64,000 nucleotides of DNA from Carcharhinus longimanus (Eukaryota): NCBI GenBank assembly GCA_030264375.1, contig JASCQW010000109.1, positions 43,896,666 through 43,960,665 of the forward strand, read 5' to 3'. The position numbers and the translations under genes were made by a program. This document shows positions 48,664-63,436 of the stretch, piece by piece. How positions within the stretch are numbered: position 1 is the stretch's first letter; each line of letters begins with the position of its first letter. The notes beneath the pieces are model-generated. The model searched no databases, had not been told where the DNA came from, and was given only the letters and a program-made list of their open reading frames with translations.

Positions 48664-48946
48664 CTACAGGATATAATGGACAGTCACACACGCATGGTGA
48701 GTAGATGCTGCCTAAAAATTCAAGTCAGCACTGGATAACCAAAACCAATTTCCATATTTTCATGTTAATTTTAGAAAATTAACATCCATGTATATAATGT
48801 AAAGACATTGAAGGCACAGTCCAGACTAAGATATATTTATTGAGTACAGTGTAAAATAATACATAAAAACTTGGAGACTTTTATCACAAAATATACCATT
48901 ATTGCAAGCTGGGTGATCTAGATTTCTAATATAATTCTCTAAATTA

Positions 48947-49198
<252 letters not shown>

Positions 49199-49411
49199 CT
49201 ACAGAGAAAAATAAATCAACTTCGAGATGCAAAAAAGTGGGTTGTAGAGTGATTTGAGGGTTTAGCTGTAATTTTCTCCATTTTACCCCTGTTCTAATTT
49301 TAATCAAGAGACAAACGAGAGGAATTTACTCAAGGAACCTTTAAATATAATAATTTGATGGTATTTCTAAACAGTTCCTCACAGGCATAAAAATCCATTT
49401 TAAACCTGTTT

Positions 49412-49733
49412 TGGGGAGGTGGTGACGTAATGGCATTGTCACAGACTAGTAATCCAGAGGCCTAAAGTAATGGTCTGGGGACCTGAGTTCAAATCCCACC
49501 CAGCGAATGGTAAAATTTATACTCAGTAAAAGTTTGGAATTTGGACTGTTGTGAAAACCCATCTGGTACATTAATGTCCTTTAGGAAAGTAAATCTGCCA
49601 TCCTTACATGGTCTGGCCTACGTGCGATTCCAGATCCATAGCAATATGGTTGACTCTTAAATGCCCTTCAGATCAAAGGCAATAAATGCCAGCCCAGCCA
49701 GTGATACCCACATCCCGTGAATGAATAAAAAAA
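49412..49733 (+). mobile_element. tRNA-derived SINE with a LINE-derived tail
   Basis: GAGTTCAAATCCCACC B-box; the 3' end matches the tail of the LINE at 29322-29400. Confidence 0.7.
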
Positions 49734-50653
49734 CTGCAGTACTTCAATAACCAATTTAACGTTAACACCAATTTAACTCAAAACTTAGAATTTTGTAATT
49801 TACCCAAGTCTGTCTGTCAATCAGGAAGAAATGCAAAAATATATTTAAATAAAACCTATTTAAATTATTAACATTTTTATTGCCCTGCACTGTCCCACTA
49901 CACAACCCTCTGCACTCGAACACGCTAGATCCCAGAACTTTAATTTCCAACGGGGTTTGCACCCTGGGGTAGCCCAGATGATGTGCTAGGGTTCACCCTT
50001 AAAGTCCCAATTCAAGGACTGCAAGGCGATTGATGAGAAGTTTAAACGTCCAACGAGCAATTGTCCTGCACTTGAAACCATCCAATACTCCAATTTAAAT
50101 CAGAGACTTTGAGTGATTCCAACTGTCTTTCCAGAATTGTTACCCAGGAAAAATTAAAAGAATTAAAAACACTTCTACTCATGGGTACCTATAGTACTCA
50201 ACCCACCTGACCCTCCATGGACCCCTTCTACTGACTACCACCCCAATCCCCTGACTACCCTCCCGATCAGACAAATACCGCCACCTCCCCCATGACAAAT
50301 CCTGACCCCTACAACTACCCCTCCGACCCCGACTGACCGACTGCCCTACACAACGGCAGACCACCTGACCAACTGAAAAGCTGACTGCCCAACCAACTTG
50401 CTGACTACCTTCCTGATTGACCACAGCTAGTGCTGTAAAAAGGGGGCATGGCCTCATTTCCACTGACGTTGTTGACCTGCACTGAAGGCCTTATGAACCT
50501 TCTGGCCTGCACATTTCTCACTCAGCCTGCATCAGAAGGTAGAGCAAGAAAGATGCAGCTCCTGACTAAAGGCAAGTACAAAAAAAGCTAACTGTGATCA
50601 TCACTTCTTTAAATCCTAAAATTCCCTTCTGCTACTGTAAAATTTCAAGATCA

Positions 50654-50839
<186 letters not shown>

Positions 50840-52552
50840 TCATATCAGATGAACATATCCAGAAAAGGCCTGTAGTCAAATGAACAAGGGCAGAGAAACT
50901 AGGCCCAACATAAAATTGGACACTTTAAATTAATACAGCTAAAACTGCTTCTATGAGGTTACCACAGGTCAAAAGCCAACAGGGATAAATATGAACAGGA
51001 AGTCATCATGAGCTGAAAGCAGAATCCAGACTTTTTACGTACTGAATAGAAAGGCTCAAACTTAACAACGAATAGCTGTTATATCCAGAAACCCATCAAA
51101 AGGTGATTAGCCAGAAGACGTTATGATTGTGTATTCAGCCAGACTCCTTGCTAATAAAGAGATATGTATAACTAGCATGACTTGGCCTAACCTCATTGCG
51201 TGTTGTGACCCTGCACGCATCACCCCATTGGCCAAAAACTACCAAAACTTCAGAGGAAGGAGAATTTCAAGACAAACTCTAATGAAGACTCCACCAAATC
51301 TACTGTGCCCTGGGAGGATGCAAGGTGTGCAAGATCCACCTTCGTGCTAAGGCTGCCCTGAGTTCATCGGTTGCTGTGAGCTCAGCGAATTGAATCCAAC
51401 AGCCCAACTGATTTCACCAGACTGGGTAATAGCTATTTCTCGAGCAATTAGCCTAGTTTGAGAAAGTTAACTTAATACATTGTGTAAGAATTGTTTCTTC
51501 AATCCATGAAGGATTTTGATAAAGCTAAGTTTGATCCAACCCTTTGTCTATCTCAAAGTAAAAAGGTACTCAAACTGAATGTAATAAACTGGTTGAAGTG
51601 TTTGCATAAAATATTTCATAAACCACACAATGAACATAAAGCATCAGTATGCTTTTAACTTTGGAATGTTTATACTGCTAAATATGAAATTCATTTACCT
51701 ATCTAGTCAATTACGTGAGATGGTACTCTGAAATTTCAACACATATCTTTGATAATTATTCCAGTGCAAAGTTCTAGTATTAAATGACTGTAAAACTATA
51801 TTTTAAAAATCCAAAACACAGCTCTTTTTAAGTTGCATTTTAGGCAAATTTTGTTTTGTTACTTGGACAATTGTAAACAGATAAACCGACAATACAGTTG
51901 GAAAGGCAGGATGATCACAGATGAGCAGTCCATCTGCTGCACATTCAATGTTATTTATTATTGTCAAATATTAGTATGCAGTGAAAAGTATTGCTTTTTG
52001 CACGCTATACAGACAAAACATACCATGCATAGAGAAGGAAAAGAGAAAGTGCAGATTTTAGTGTTAATGTCATAGCAAGGGTATAGAGAAAGATAAAGAA
52101 TCAGAATAAAGTTTTAGAAGCATAGAATGAGAGTAAAAGATAGAATTAGAGGGTATGCTGGGCACAGCTTGCAAGAAGTCATCAGGCGCTCGCCGAGTCT
52201 TCATTTTTAAGGCTGAGGTAGATAGATTCTTGGTTAGCAAGGGGATGATGCAAATCTGAGGTTACTATCAGATCAGTTGCAATCTTATTAAATTGTGAAG
52301 CAGGCTCGAAGGGCTGAATAACCTACTCTTGTACATTTGTGCAACAATGTACTTTTTGGGAGCAGTTTGGTTAAACCAGAGTTCTGAGAAAAGATTAGTC
52401 ACATGGTGTGACATAAACAAAAATGGATAATGCTTTCCTGATTTAAGTATAACAGTTTTCTCTAAGCAAGTTAATATCTGAATATTAAACATTGACTTTC
52501 ATGTAAAGGGCATTATCCATCAGTTGAATAAAATATAATAAAATATACTCAC

Positions 52553-52662
52553 AGTGCTTTGTACTGCACTAGTAATGGTAGAAAACATCCCAAATGCTCC
52601 ACCAGTTGGAGAAGAAGTTACACTGTCAGCTTTCGGGCTGTCTTCACAGTTCTCTAATTTTA
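52553..52662 (-). CDS. FAM114A2: FAM114A2 coding exon 4 (KLENCEDSP...GAFGMFSTITSAVQST)
   Basis: 110 nt, phase 1-0; an alternative in-frame AG lies 9 nt downstream. Confidence 0.9.
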
Positions 52663-54126
52663 CTGTTTCCAAAGAAGAAATAAGTTTGCAATCTTAGAAT
52701 TATTTATTCAAATCAAAAAACTGCATGAATGTCATTATGTGACGTGCAAAGAACTCAATTCTACAGAGATATTTCTGCCTTTTTAAAAAAAAATCTCCTT
52801 TAAGAGGTTTCTTAAAACAGTCTTCTTTGATCAAACTTTCAGTCATCGGTCTTAAAACCTTCTTAAACAAAAGCAAAAAAGTGTGTAGATGCTGTAAGTT
52901 ATGGAAAATCCCACAAATACCAAGTCTGGGAGCATCTCATTTAAGATTGAATGTTCTTCATCAAACACTACCCGACCTGTGGAGGGCTTCTAGCATTTTC
53001 TGCTTTTATTTGTAAAATCTCTTTGTGGCTAAGCATCCAATTTTGAAAATGCTCCAGTGAATGAGCTGTTTTACCATGTTAAAGGTACTATATAAATGCA
53101 AGTTGTTCTTATTGTTGCTTTTGATGTAGTGAAACATCCTAAAACATTTCACAGGAACTAAGTCAGACAAATACATTTAAACATAATTTTAATAAGCTTT
53201 CCTGTTAGTTTGTTACCAAACAGTACATTTTTATATTAATTTTGTGCACACATTATTTTTGGCCTCAAGAGTCAAAAAGTGATCAGATTCAAGTGGCATT
53301 ACCCTTACACTCACATGGTGAAATCTGAAAGAAAATTTTATATCATAACCTCTTAAAATCTTGAGTGATTGAATATTATAGAATCTTAAAGTTTCAATTG
53401 CAGTTTGCTGTCCAAACGTCCTCTGCAAAGGACATGTTTCTAGCAAAGTCTGATAAGATTAAACCTCATGACCCATATGTAAATCATGAAAAGGTTTTTG
53501 AAGTGATCTGACTGCCCAGGCTTCTTCACATGCATAAAGACTGGGAGAGCTTCCCAGTACCTTGATTAGCTTGAGAAGGAAGAGAACAAAAGAAAAGGTG
53601 GCTCTGAATAGCACAGACAAGAGGCTGCCAACACCAGTTGCAGAAATCAGCTTCGTCTATCCATTTGCCCTGAAATTGGTAAACAGCCCTCACCTGTTTT
53701 TCCTCTACGTAGCTCATGGATCATATCTGAATTGCTTCTTAATAAATTCTAAAATCTCTTATTTGCTTAATTCCCTTCGAGCTTAAATTTGATAGAACAT
53801 CTCAATGCTCGCCGCTGCTGGGTGTGCAAACTTCAAGCCATGAATTATGGCCACTTAGGTAAAATACCAGAGCCCGTGGGGCCAAAATGCAACAAGAAAT
53901 CAATATATTGTATACAAGAGGGAAGACGTAAAAGCTTGCTATCAATATACTGCAAAAACAGAGCATACCATACCATAAGTAAAGAGTGCAAAATCATTCT
54001 GATTAAGGTGACAAACCTTCAAGATTTACTATATTTGCAGATTGCATTTCAATATTTCTTAAAGCATCTCCATCTTTAACCCTAAAAGAAGTGTAATCGA
54101 TGACAAAGGCTAACTTTTATCATCAC

Positions 54127-54228
54127 CTTTGCCTCCATTTGACACGTCCACTTCTGCTGAAACTTCTATGGGGCTGGGAATCCCAAGAGAGGACTCAGCT
54201 TTTTCAATCACATGGGAAATCCCATGAC
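54127..54228 (-). CDS. FAM114A2: FAM114A2 coding exon 3 (HGISHVIEKAESSLGIPSPIEVS...GK)
   Basis: 102 nt, AG/GT, phase 1-1. Confidence 0.94.
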
Positions 54229-54831
54229 CTGTAGCAATAAAAAGTTAAAGACAGAAAGCCATGAGAAGAATGAGTTAACAAAGCAAGCCATTCACTGTCA
54301 CCAAATTATGAGGTAAGTTCGTATTACTAACCAAATTATCAGGGATGCATAGTGGGTGGGGGGAATCTATTCTGCTTTGGAACTATAAACATTCCAATTT
54401 CTCTGGATTTTAGTTTATTTTGGACAAGCTGAATATTAGGACATTAGGATCTTCTACTGTAGAATTTGGGATATGAATCAAAAGCTGCCATCAAATGTAT
54501 CTTCCTTCTGCAAAGAATCAATCTTCCATTTGCTTTCTATTCACCACATTAAAATGGTGCCAATGTGGAACAGGCCATTAAACCCGATGCAACCATTTGA
54601 CTGTGCAACAAACTGGATTACTGGATTCTAAGAATCAGTAATAAACAATATTAAGATTACAGCTGGGAGAAAGTACAAGCTCATGGGCTGAAACACAAAC
54701 TCCAGAATGAAGAAATCTTTAAGTCAGAAGAATTTTCATAAGCACATACAGTAAAATCTTTATTATCTGACATGTGTGGGGATTGGGATAATCAAAAATG
54801 CCAGTTAACAGAAAGTTCTTTTTTCCTTTAG

Positions 54832-55253
54832 GAGTAGCATGGTGGCACAATGGTTAGCACTACTGCCTCACAGCGCCGGGTTCAATTCTGGCCTNNNNNN
54901 NNNNNNNNNNNNNNNNNNNNNNNNNNNNNNNNNNNNNNNNNNNNNNNNNNNNNNNNNNNNNNNNNNNNNNNNNNNNNNNNNNNNNNNNNNNNNNTCAATT
55001 CTGGCCTTGGGTCACTGCCTACGTGAAGTTTGCACATTCTCCCTGTTTCTGTGTGGGTTTCCTCAGGGTGCTCCAGTTTCCTCCCACAGTCCAAAGATGT
55101 GAAGGTTAGATTGATTGGCGATGGTAAATTATCTTTTGGTGTCGGGGGACTCGCAGAGTAAATACATGGGGTTATGAAGACAGGGCCTGGATGGGATTGT
55201 TGCTAGTGCAGGCTCAATGGGCCAAATGGCCTCCTTCTGCACTGCAGAGATTT
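54832..55253 (+). mobile_element. HE1-like SINE spanning an N gap
   Basis: Typical head, body and tail. Confidence 0.8.
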
Positions 55254-55555
55254 TATTATGACAATGGGTTATGCCACCACATTTTTAGCATGGATTTTAT
55301 GATATGCAAGTACTCAAAAAGAGCCGTATTATTTTTACTTCTAATCTTCGACAGTTTATAAACATAAAAATTAAAATATAATACAGTATACAGATAGTCA
55401 AGAGAACTAATTCTCAGCATCTCTTACAATTGTCTCTGAAAATGTAGGTAATTTAGGAGATTAGGGCTCTACTAGAAGCTTTTATTGAATATCAATTTGC
55501 CTTTTCTGCAAAAAAGCAGAGTACAGAATGTGACCATGTGCACCATTTGTCCGGC

Positions 55556-56373
55556 TTTGATAAAGGATCATCTGGACTTGAAACATCAGCTCTTTACTCT
55601 CCTTACAGATGCTGCCAGACCTGCTGAGGTTTTCCATCATTTTCTCTTTTGGTTTCAGATTCCAGCATCTGCAGTAATTTGCTTTTATCCAGAGTTTAAC
55701 TCACTGCCACTTCTCTTCCAGGAATGACTACCCTGAAGTACTGCTCTTCTCTCAGTGTTGAGCAAGGTATTTACCAAGACTCGCTTCCACAGCCACATTT
55801 CCTTCCTCAGTGACTGTCTTTGTCTCCGATTGCCCTACATGGATTTCAACTTAAATTCCACCCCGCATGTAACCTCTAGGATTACAGGTATCTCCAGGAT
55901 ATGCAACATTCTTTGAACTGCTGTTCTCGCCGCATCCTGAAAGCCACACTCAATGCCATGCGCTTCCACATGAAGATACTCAACATCTCTCTCCAGCAAC
56001 ACAGTCTTACTCTCTGTCAAAGCCGTCCCTGTCCCTAGTTTCATTTCACCCTCCGCATCATTTGATGTCTTAACAAAAAATTTTTCCTGTTTCTTGCAGG
56101 TGTAAAGGAACGCAACCTTCAACAACTTAACCCTATTGCCCATCCCAGGCCCTCCACCAGTCCCAATCCCTCAAACTCCATCTCTTTTAGCCCCAGCTCT
56201 TGCCCTTCAGACCTTCCCTTCTCAGAAGGTGAGCATGCTGTTCTCAGCAAAGGATTTAGCTTTGTACCCTTATTTCTAGATTTGACAAAGGGCCATCTGG
56301 ACTCGAAACATCAGTTCTTTTCTCTCCTTACAGATGCTGCCAGACCTGCTGAGATTTTCCAGCATTTTCTCTT
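55556..56373 (+). mobile_element. internally deleted Penelope-like element with direct pseudo-LTR repeats
   Basis: ~93 nt direct repeats at 55556-55650 and 56281-56373; internal TRFHSHISFLSDCL and LSEGEHAVLSKGFSFVP (PLE N-terminal LS.GL.F.P motif). Confidence 0.8.
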
Positions 56374-57739
56374 CGGGTGTAGAATGTCCACTTGCATAAC
56401 CTCTTGTGCAGCATAACAAGTCTGCCTTTCAGCAAACGTAAATTGATTACCAAAAGCTGAAGCAGCATTAGCCTCAGTTATTTTCTCCTCTTTAGAGTCT
56501 TTTTCAGCTCTTCAGGACCACTAGACTCACCATAATTTCTGTATCACAGAATGCTTACTTGTCAGCTTCAACCTATTCTTCTATATCACTTTTGCAAAGT
56601 TTGCTGTTAGACTAGTAGAAAAAATTTCATTCACCATTTCTATAATTTCAGATAGTTTAAGCCCGAGAAAATATATATTAAAAATCTTCTTCAAAACAGC
56701 TTTCTACAAACATAACACTAGACAATAATTTACTCCAAGCCCTGCTCAATATTGCACTGATTTCCAGGCACATGATAGCATAAAAAGATGCATTTTTTAA
56801 ATCTATAAACAGATTGAAAGTACAGCGTCTTCATGACTGATTAACTTTATCATTGAAATATCTTCTGTAATAGCATTTCACATTCTGGATGGCACCCTGG
56901 TCCATCGGTTGAATTAATGAGAATGGGAGGTAGAATGTGGATTATTTGGGAACCTGCATGTTCAATAGCTTTTTCAAAATACCCAGTCATTCAAATGGAT
57001 TGCATTCAGAGCCAAGAACAGTGTTCAAAATTGTTTGTGTATAATTTTTCAAATGAAATTGAGGGTAAACAACCCACCCAGTTTTGTTCTATTCTGTTCA
57101 ACATCAGAATAAATAAGACCAGCCTGTTGTCATGCATCTCCACCCCTGCACGACTGTCTAACTGACTGTACAATTTGTATTTATTATTACACACAGAAAA
57201 GNNNNNNNNCCCAAAGTGCTTCATAATTTCCCTGACAGCATTTTTGATCAATTTCAAATTATTTGCGAAGGATGCAAGACACTATTTTTCAACTAAACTT
57301 AATAAATCAATATTAAATTTTTTAAATGAGGTGTTGAGGATTGGTTAGTGCATTGGCCTGTCACGTGTGAGACTCAATATTTGAATTGAACTCATACTGA
57401 TAGGATCAAGCATCTATCTGCTGTTGCGAAGGTTGTGCGTGGAAAAGTGCAAGGGCAGTCTTAACCAGTACCTGTAGGCATCAGGTAATTTAACATGATT
57501 TAGAAATCTTGCTTGGAGAAACCACAGGATATGAGCAGTGGAACATGTCACACTGGTGAGAACAAAGGTGGCTCAAGCGAAGTTTAGACAGAAATTTGCT
57601 TATGTATAAATCATATATAACTATAGCTGGGTATGCCATACATGTCTAGAAGGAACATGACACAGTCACCTAATACCTTAAATTTGTGAAGTGTCTATGA
57701 TAAGTCATAGTGAATGGAAAACTAGCTTCCCCATATTAG

Positions 57740-58097
57740 AGCCATAGAATCCCTAAAATGCAGGAAATCAAGAGGCCCAAGAAGTTTGCATTGACTCTGA
57801 AAGAGCATCATACCCAGGCCCACTTCCCTGCCCTATCCCTGGAACCTTGCACATTTAACATGGCTGAGCCACCTAATTTACACATGTTCGGATCCTACGG
57901 GGCAATTTGAACATGGCCAACATACCTAACCTGCACATCTTTTGGACTGTGGGAAGGAACCTGCAGCACCCAGAGGAAACCCACACAGACATGAGGAAAT
58001 TGTGCAAACTCCACACAGTCACCCAAAGACCAGAATCGAACCTGGGTCCCTGGCACTGAGACAGCAGTTTTAAACATTGTGCCCCTGTGCCGCCATG
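57740..58097 (-). mobile_element. HE1-like SINE
   Basis: Reverse complement of head and tail. Confidence 0.8.
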
Positions 58098-58718
58098 TAT
58101 TCTGTTGATTTTGAAGCAAAATAGTTCAAAAATTAAGGCAATGAAAATACAAACCAGCCAGCAAGAAACATTCATGTGTTTTCATTTTAGAAAATCCCAC
58201 ACTCTAATTTTTGTTACGTCCTTATTTTGACAAGGAAGGTTTGGAAGCTTTGGGAGATTTATGAATAAATACAGCAATGTTTTGTTATAGGCTGTAGATT
58301 TATTTTCTTCTTTCTGCAGGAGGAATAATTATCCAGCCACTGTGTAATTGACAAGAATACAGGCCATAACACATTTCACAATAATTGCAGGTTTATGCAA
58401 TGAATCATATCATGTATTATAATATTCTAATAGTTATAACTTGGAACATCAGCGCAGGAGTCAGTCATCCAACCCAATCTCCTGCTTCCTGCAAACAGAT
58501 TAAGGTTGATCTGTACCTCAACTCAAGTTACCTGTCTTAGCTCTGCATTGCATGAGCTTACTTAACAACAAATTTATAATAGTCTCTTACCAGGCTAACA
58601 TTTTACACTCAGTATCCTGATGCAACTACTTCATTTCATTTATCAAATCTGTTTTATAAGATAAACTATTCAGCAATAAACTATTCACTAATATGTTTAA
58701 GAGCAGCAGTAAACTCAC

Positions 58719-58818
58719 CAACAGATGCAACTGTGGCTGTTGCTGTAGTAAGCAGTGACTTTCCCCAATTTCCCCAGTAGCCCCAACTTCCTGTCTCTTG
58801 GCTAGAGAGCTCTTGTGT
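58719..58818 (-). CDS. FAM114A2: FAM114A2 coding exon 2 (TQELSSQETGSWGYWGNWGKSLLTTATATVASV)
   Basis: 100 nt, AG/GT, WGYWG.WGKS motif. Confidence 0.96.
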
Positions 58819-59026
58819 CTGCAAATGTATCAGTAAAGGTTATTGTGGAAATTACATGCTGAACTATATTTTTAAATTTTAGTCATTGATGCACATGGCT
58901 AAGTTTTCACTTTCAAGTAGAGCTTGAATACTGAAGCACGTCAAACACAAGAAACATCAAGATTTGTAGGGTAAATTAATAGTTCCTGAAAATCATCATG
59001 AACATTCAACCTCTAATGTTGCTTAC

Positions 59027-59323
59027 CTTGTCAGCAACTCCTAAGGGTTGTTGTTCAGTTAAACCAGGCTGGCTGGAGCCCTTTGACTCTGGTCTCTTTC
59101 TTGTCATGCTGACTGGCTCCCTCCTTTTGCTTGTACTGCTTTCATGAATGCCATCAGCGGGACCACAGCCCTCATTTTGGGTATTGTCTGTAGTGTGTTT
59201 GCCAGTTTCAGTCTCAGAATGCCGTTCTAATTCAACATCTTCTTTGCACTCTTTTTCCCTAATTGCTGTAACATTAATAGAACTTCCTTCTGGAGCCACA
59301 GGTTGTCCATCCACCTCAGTCAT
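59027..59323 (-). CDS. FAM114A2: FAM114A2 first coding exon (MTEVDGQ...EPVSMTRKRPESK...ADK)
   Basis: Acceptor at 59351-59350, ATG at 59323, GTAAG donor; EPV..TRKRPE motif as in mammalian FAM114A2. Spliced CDS is 1632 nt. Confidence 0.88.
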
Positions 59324-59629
59324 TCCTGTATTCTCCACTTTTGAAATACCTATAAATAAATGAATAATCACTCATAAGAGCATGCACAAGAACAGAAATA
59401 GTTCATTTGGCCCAGCAAGCCAGCTCCACCATTAAACAGGATCATGGCTGAACTTCTACCTCAACTCACTTTCCTCGGCCCCCACCCATCATATCTCTAG
59501 ATTCCCACAGTGTCTAAAAATCTATCACACAATTTTGAATATCTTCGTCGATTAAGCATCTAAACTCCCAATGTAGAAAATTCAAGATTCACAACTCTCG
59601 AGGGAAGAAATTTCTCCTCCTCACACCAA

Positions 59630-59925
59630 GGTTGCAAACAAGCTGGCTTAATCTCGGGCTGTTGCCACAGAGAGGGATGGAGTCAGCAGCTAGGAAAAAA
59701 AGTTTGTAGTAATCACTGAAAACAATGGCTTCTGTCTTTACAGTAAACAGAAGTTGGAGAAAGATAATGTGATCAAGTGTCAAAGACTGCAGGTAGTTCA
59801 AGAAGGATAGGAAGGGAAAGTTTACCTTTGTCACCATCAATTAGGATGCAATTTACGAATTGGCTAAGAGCCATTTCAGCACCGTGGCAGGAACAGAAAC
59901 CTGATTGGAGAGATTCAAACATGGA
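59630..59925 (-). mobile_element. L2-clade LINE RT fragment
   Basis: MFESLQSGF..CHGAEMAL...DKGKLSLPILLELPAVFDT resembles L2 QSGFR..HSTETAL..LLDLSAAFDT. Confidence 0.75.
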
Positions 59926-60719
59926 GGCTAAAATTTTCAAGCTGTCTGTGCTGGTAGGATTCTTTGGTCCTGCTGGCAGCGTATTGCCTGTCATGGGTTT
60001 CCTGGCAGCATGGAATGGCTTCCATGGGAATTTCCACCAACAGCACCAGCAAACAGTGCTCTGCCTTCCACACTAAGAAAAACACTGAGAGGAGACTACA
60101 AAATCTCATCCGGAGTTCTGGGAAAGATGGGAACGGATTTGGGGAGCAACACCACATTCAAGAACTTCCAAAACAATTTTAATTCTGTGGGTTGCATTAC
60201 CATGGCAATTTTCACATGAGAAAAGTTCATGGTGAAAGTCTGTCTATTAGAATTTGCCGATTGAAGCATGGTTTGATGCATTGAGCATTAAAGCTCATTT
60301 CTATAACAAGTAGTCATTTACTTTTGGAGAACGTGTTCCCCATGCCCAAAACTTAACCTGAATCCCAATGACAGCAATATTAAATAGTAGCATTTTGTAC
60401 GAACTTCAAAAGCTTGTGGGAGTCTCAAAGTGCTACTTGATGGGGCTTTCCTCAGTCCACTTGTGCTTCCCTACTAACTTAGGTCTCATAAGATACTTAC
60501 ATAATGGTTCTATTGAGGCATCAGACATTGCTCAGTCAGTAGCATTCTTGTCTCAGAATCAGAAAGTTGTGTGTTCAACACTAAAACGTGACCCCAAACC
60601 TAGGCTGTGCTATCAATGTACCAATGAAGTGCTGCAATGTTGAAGGTGCCATCTTTCAGGGTGAGAAATGAAACCAAGGTACATCAGCCCTTTTACATGG
60701 ACATAAATTATTAATTTCA

Positions 60720-62412
60720 ACCAACAGATAGGGAAATGGTACTCAATAAACTATTGATTCAAGGCAGACAAGTTCCCAGGGCCTGATGGCATTAAAGAAA
60801 ATGGCAGTAGAAATAGTGGATCTATTGGTTTTACTACTTCAAAATTCCCTGGATGCACGAAAGGTTCCAGTGGATTGGAAAAATGCTAATGTAATGCCCT
60901 TATTCAAAAGGGGGAGGCAAAAAGTAGGAAACTAATGATCAGCTAGTTTAACATCTGTTGTAGGGAAATTGTTAGAATCTATTAAGGAAATAATACAGGA
61001 CATTTGGAAAGTCAAAACACAATCAGAGTCAGCATGGTTTTATGAAGGGTAAATCATGTTTGACTAATTGGCTAGAGTTCTTCAAAGATGTAACAAATGG
61101 GGGATCTTGTAGGTATGGAATATCTGGACTTCAGGAAGACATTTGATGAGATGCCACACAGACAGTTAATACACAAAGTAAGATCACAAGGGTTAGAGGT
61201 AATGTATTCGTTTGGATGCAAGACTGGCTAACTCACAGAAGGCAGAGAGTTGGGATAAAAGGGCCGTTTTTCTGGTTGGCAAAAAGTAACTAGTGGGATG
61301 CCACAGGGTTCAGTCCTTGGGCCCCAGTATTTACAATCTATATTAATGACTTGCATACAGGAAAAGAAGGTGCTATAGCCAAATTTCCAGATGATGCTGA
61401 AATAGGTGGGATAGTAAGTTGCAAAGAGGAAATAAGGAATTATAAATTGATATAGTTAGGTTCAGTGAGTGGGTCAAAATTTGGCAGATCAAGTTTAACG
61501 TGGATAAGTGTGAGGTTATCCATCTTGGTCAGAAAAATGGAAAGACAACTTATTATCTAAATGGAGAAAGACTTCAGGGTGCTTTGCAGGAGAGACATCC
61601 AGGTGTCCTGGTGCAAGAGTTGCAGAAAACTAGTATGGAGATACAACTGGTAACAAGGAAAGCAAATAGAATTTTAGCATTTATAGCTAAAGAGAGTATA
61701 AAAGTAAGGAAGTGTTGCTAGAATTATTCAAGCCATTGGTGAGAGCGCACCTGGGGTATTGTGTACAGTTTTGGTTCCCTTATTTGAAGAAGGATGTCGT
61801 GGTATTAGAGGCAGTTTGGAGGGGGTTCACTAGACTGATTCCAGAGATGAGGGAAAAAAGACTGAGCAGCTTAGGTCTATACTGTCTGGAGTTTAGAAGA
61901 ACGAGGGGAGATCTAATTAAGGTATATAAGATGATAAAAGGTATTGGCAAAGTAGACGGAGTGCATGCTTCACCTTGTGGGGAAATCTAGAACAAAAGGT
62001 CATGGAGGCGGGAACGTTGGACTCGTTTAAGGTTCAGTTAGATAGGCACATGAGTGAAACGAGGATGGAGGGTTATGGTNNNNNNNNNNNNNNNNNNNNN
62101 NNNNNNNNNNNNNNNNNNNNNNNNNNNNNNNNNNNNNNNNNNNNNNNNNNNNNNNNNNNNNNNNNNNNNNNNNNNNNNNATGAGGAGAAACTACTTAATT
62201 CCAAGGGTTGAAAATGTGTGGAATTCACTACCTAGGGATATGGTGGATACCAAGACATTGAATTTATTCAAGGAGCCCACAAATTTTAATTAGTAATGAT
62301 TGAAGGGTTATGGAGAATGGGCAGAAAAGTGGAGTTGAGGACAAGATCAGCCATGATTGTACTGAACGAAGAGCAGATTCGAGGGAATTAATTGCCTACT
62401 CTTGCTCCTGTT
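60720..62412 (+). mobile_element. 5'-truncated CR1 LINE
   Basis: [29 protein letters not shown] and HLGYCVQFW motifs with stops. Confidence 0.9.
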
Positions 62413-62519
62413 TCTTCTGGAAAGAACAGGAGAGAATATCTGTAAGAACAGGAGAGTTATTTCTATGGTCCAAGTCACCACTTCCTCTAAATTTTTTTAT
62501 GTTACTGGGCAGGCTACCA

Positions 62520-62808
62520 ACTTCATTGAATCTCTCATTCAGCCTATCGAGCGGCACTGACAACAATTCCACCCAGGCACTATTCCTGCAACCTTGCTAA
62601 TCCCACTAAATTGTGCATCCCAGGACAGTAAGGGGCAATTTTAGCATGGCCAATCAACCTAACTCATACATCTTAGGACTGTGGGAGGAAACCAGACCAC
62701 ACAGAGAAACCCCACTGACACAGGGAGAAAATGCAAACTCCACACAGACAGTAACCCAAGCTGGGAATCAAACCCAGGTCCTTGGAGCTGTGAGGCAACA
62801 CCGTGCTA
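62520..62808 (-). mobile_element. HE1-like SINE
   Basis: Reverse complement of the SINE body. Confidence 0.7.
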
Positions 62809-63436
62809 CTCCATACTTCTGAGTACTACTATTTGTCCATGGCCAGTTTGCTTTTCAAAAGTCATGACTTAGATCATGCTAAAAATTCCTTTTGGACTAA
62901 AAATTGCTTTAACACAGCATGTTCCAGATTGCTACACGATCAAACATATGCATTTTCAAGAGGAAACATTGGCACTGACTACTGGCCTATTTTTATCTTT
63001 CAGCATCACTGAAATACTTTTATCCAGTCATTATAATAATGCATTTTATTGGACCTAGTTGTGCAAATTGGCTGTTGCATTTCCTATATTACCACAGTGT
63101 CAGCACTGCAGCCAAATAAAAGCCTTTTCAGAAGTGCTTTGGGACATTGAGGTCATGAAAGGCCAGTCTTTATTTTACAATTCCTCCAGCTGGAACTGGA
63201 TAATTACCAAAGCAAGTAGGTTTACTCTGGAGGAGGGAAGAGTTTCAGTAGTGTAGTACATTCATTAAGCAAAGTCCACACATTTAAAAAGATGCAATAA
63301 AGCACAAAGCCATGACACCCAACTTATTGAGGTCATTTCACAGAGCACGTGATCAAACTGAACCAGCAACCAAGATAAAGCAGATAAATTCAACATTGGC
63401 TCAATAAAGGGATCCACACTGTCAGAACGGACCCAC

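Noticed and set aside
50200-50420. C-rich degenerate CCGAC/CTGAC repeats and a 94 aa ORF
   Set aside because: Low-complexity interior of a probable repeat; no regular repeat-spacer structure and no coding signal.
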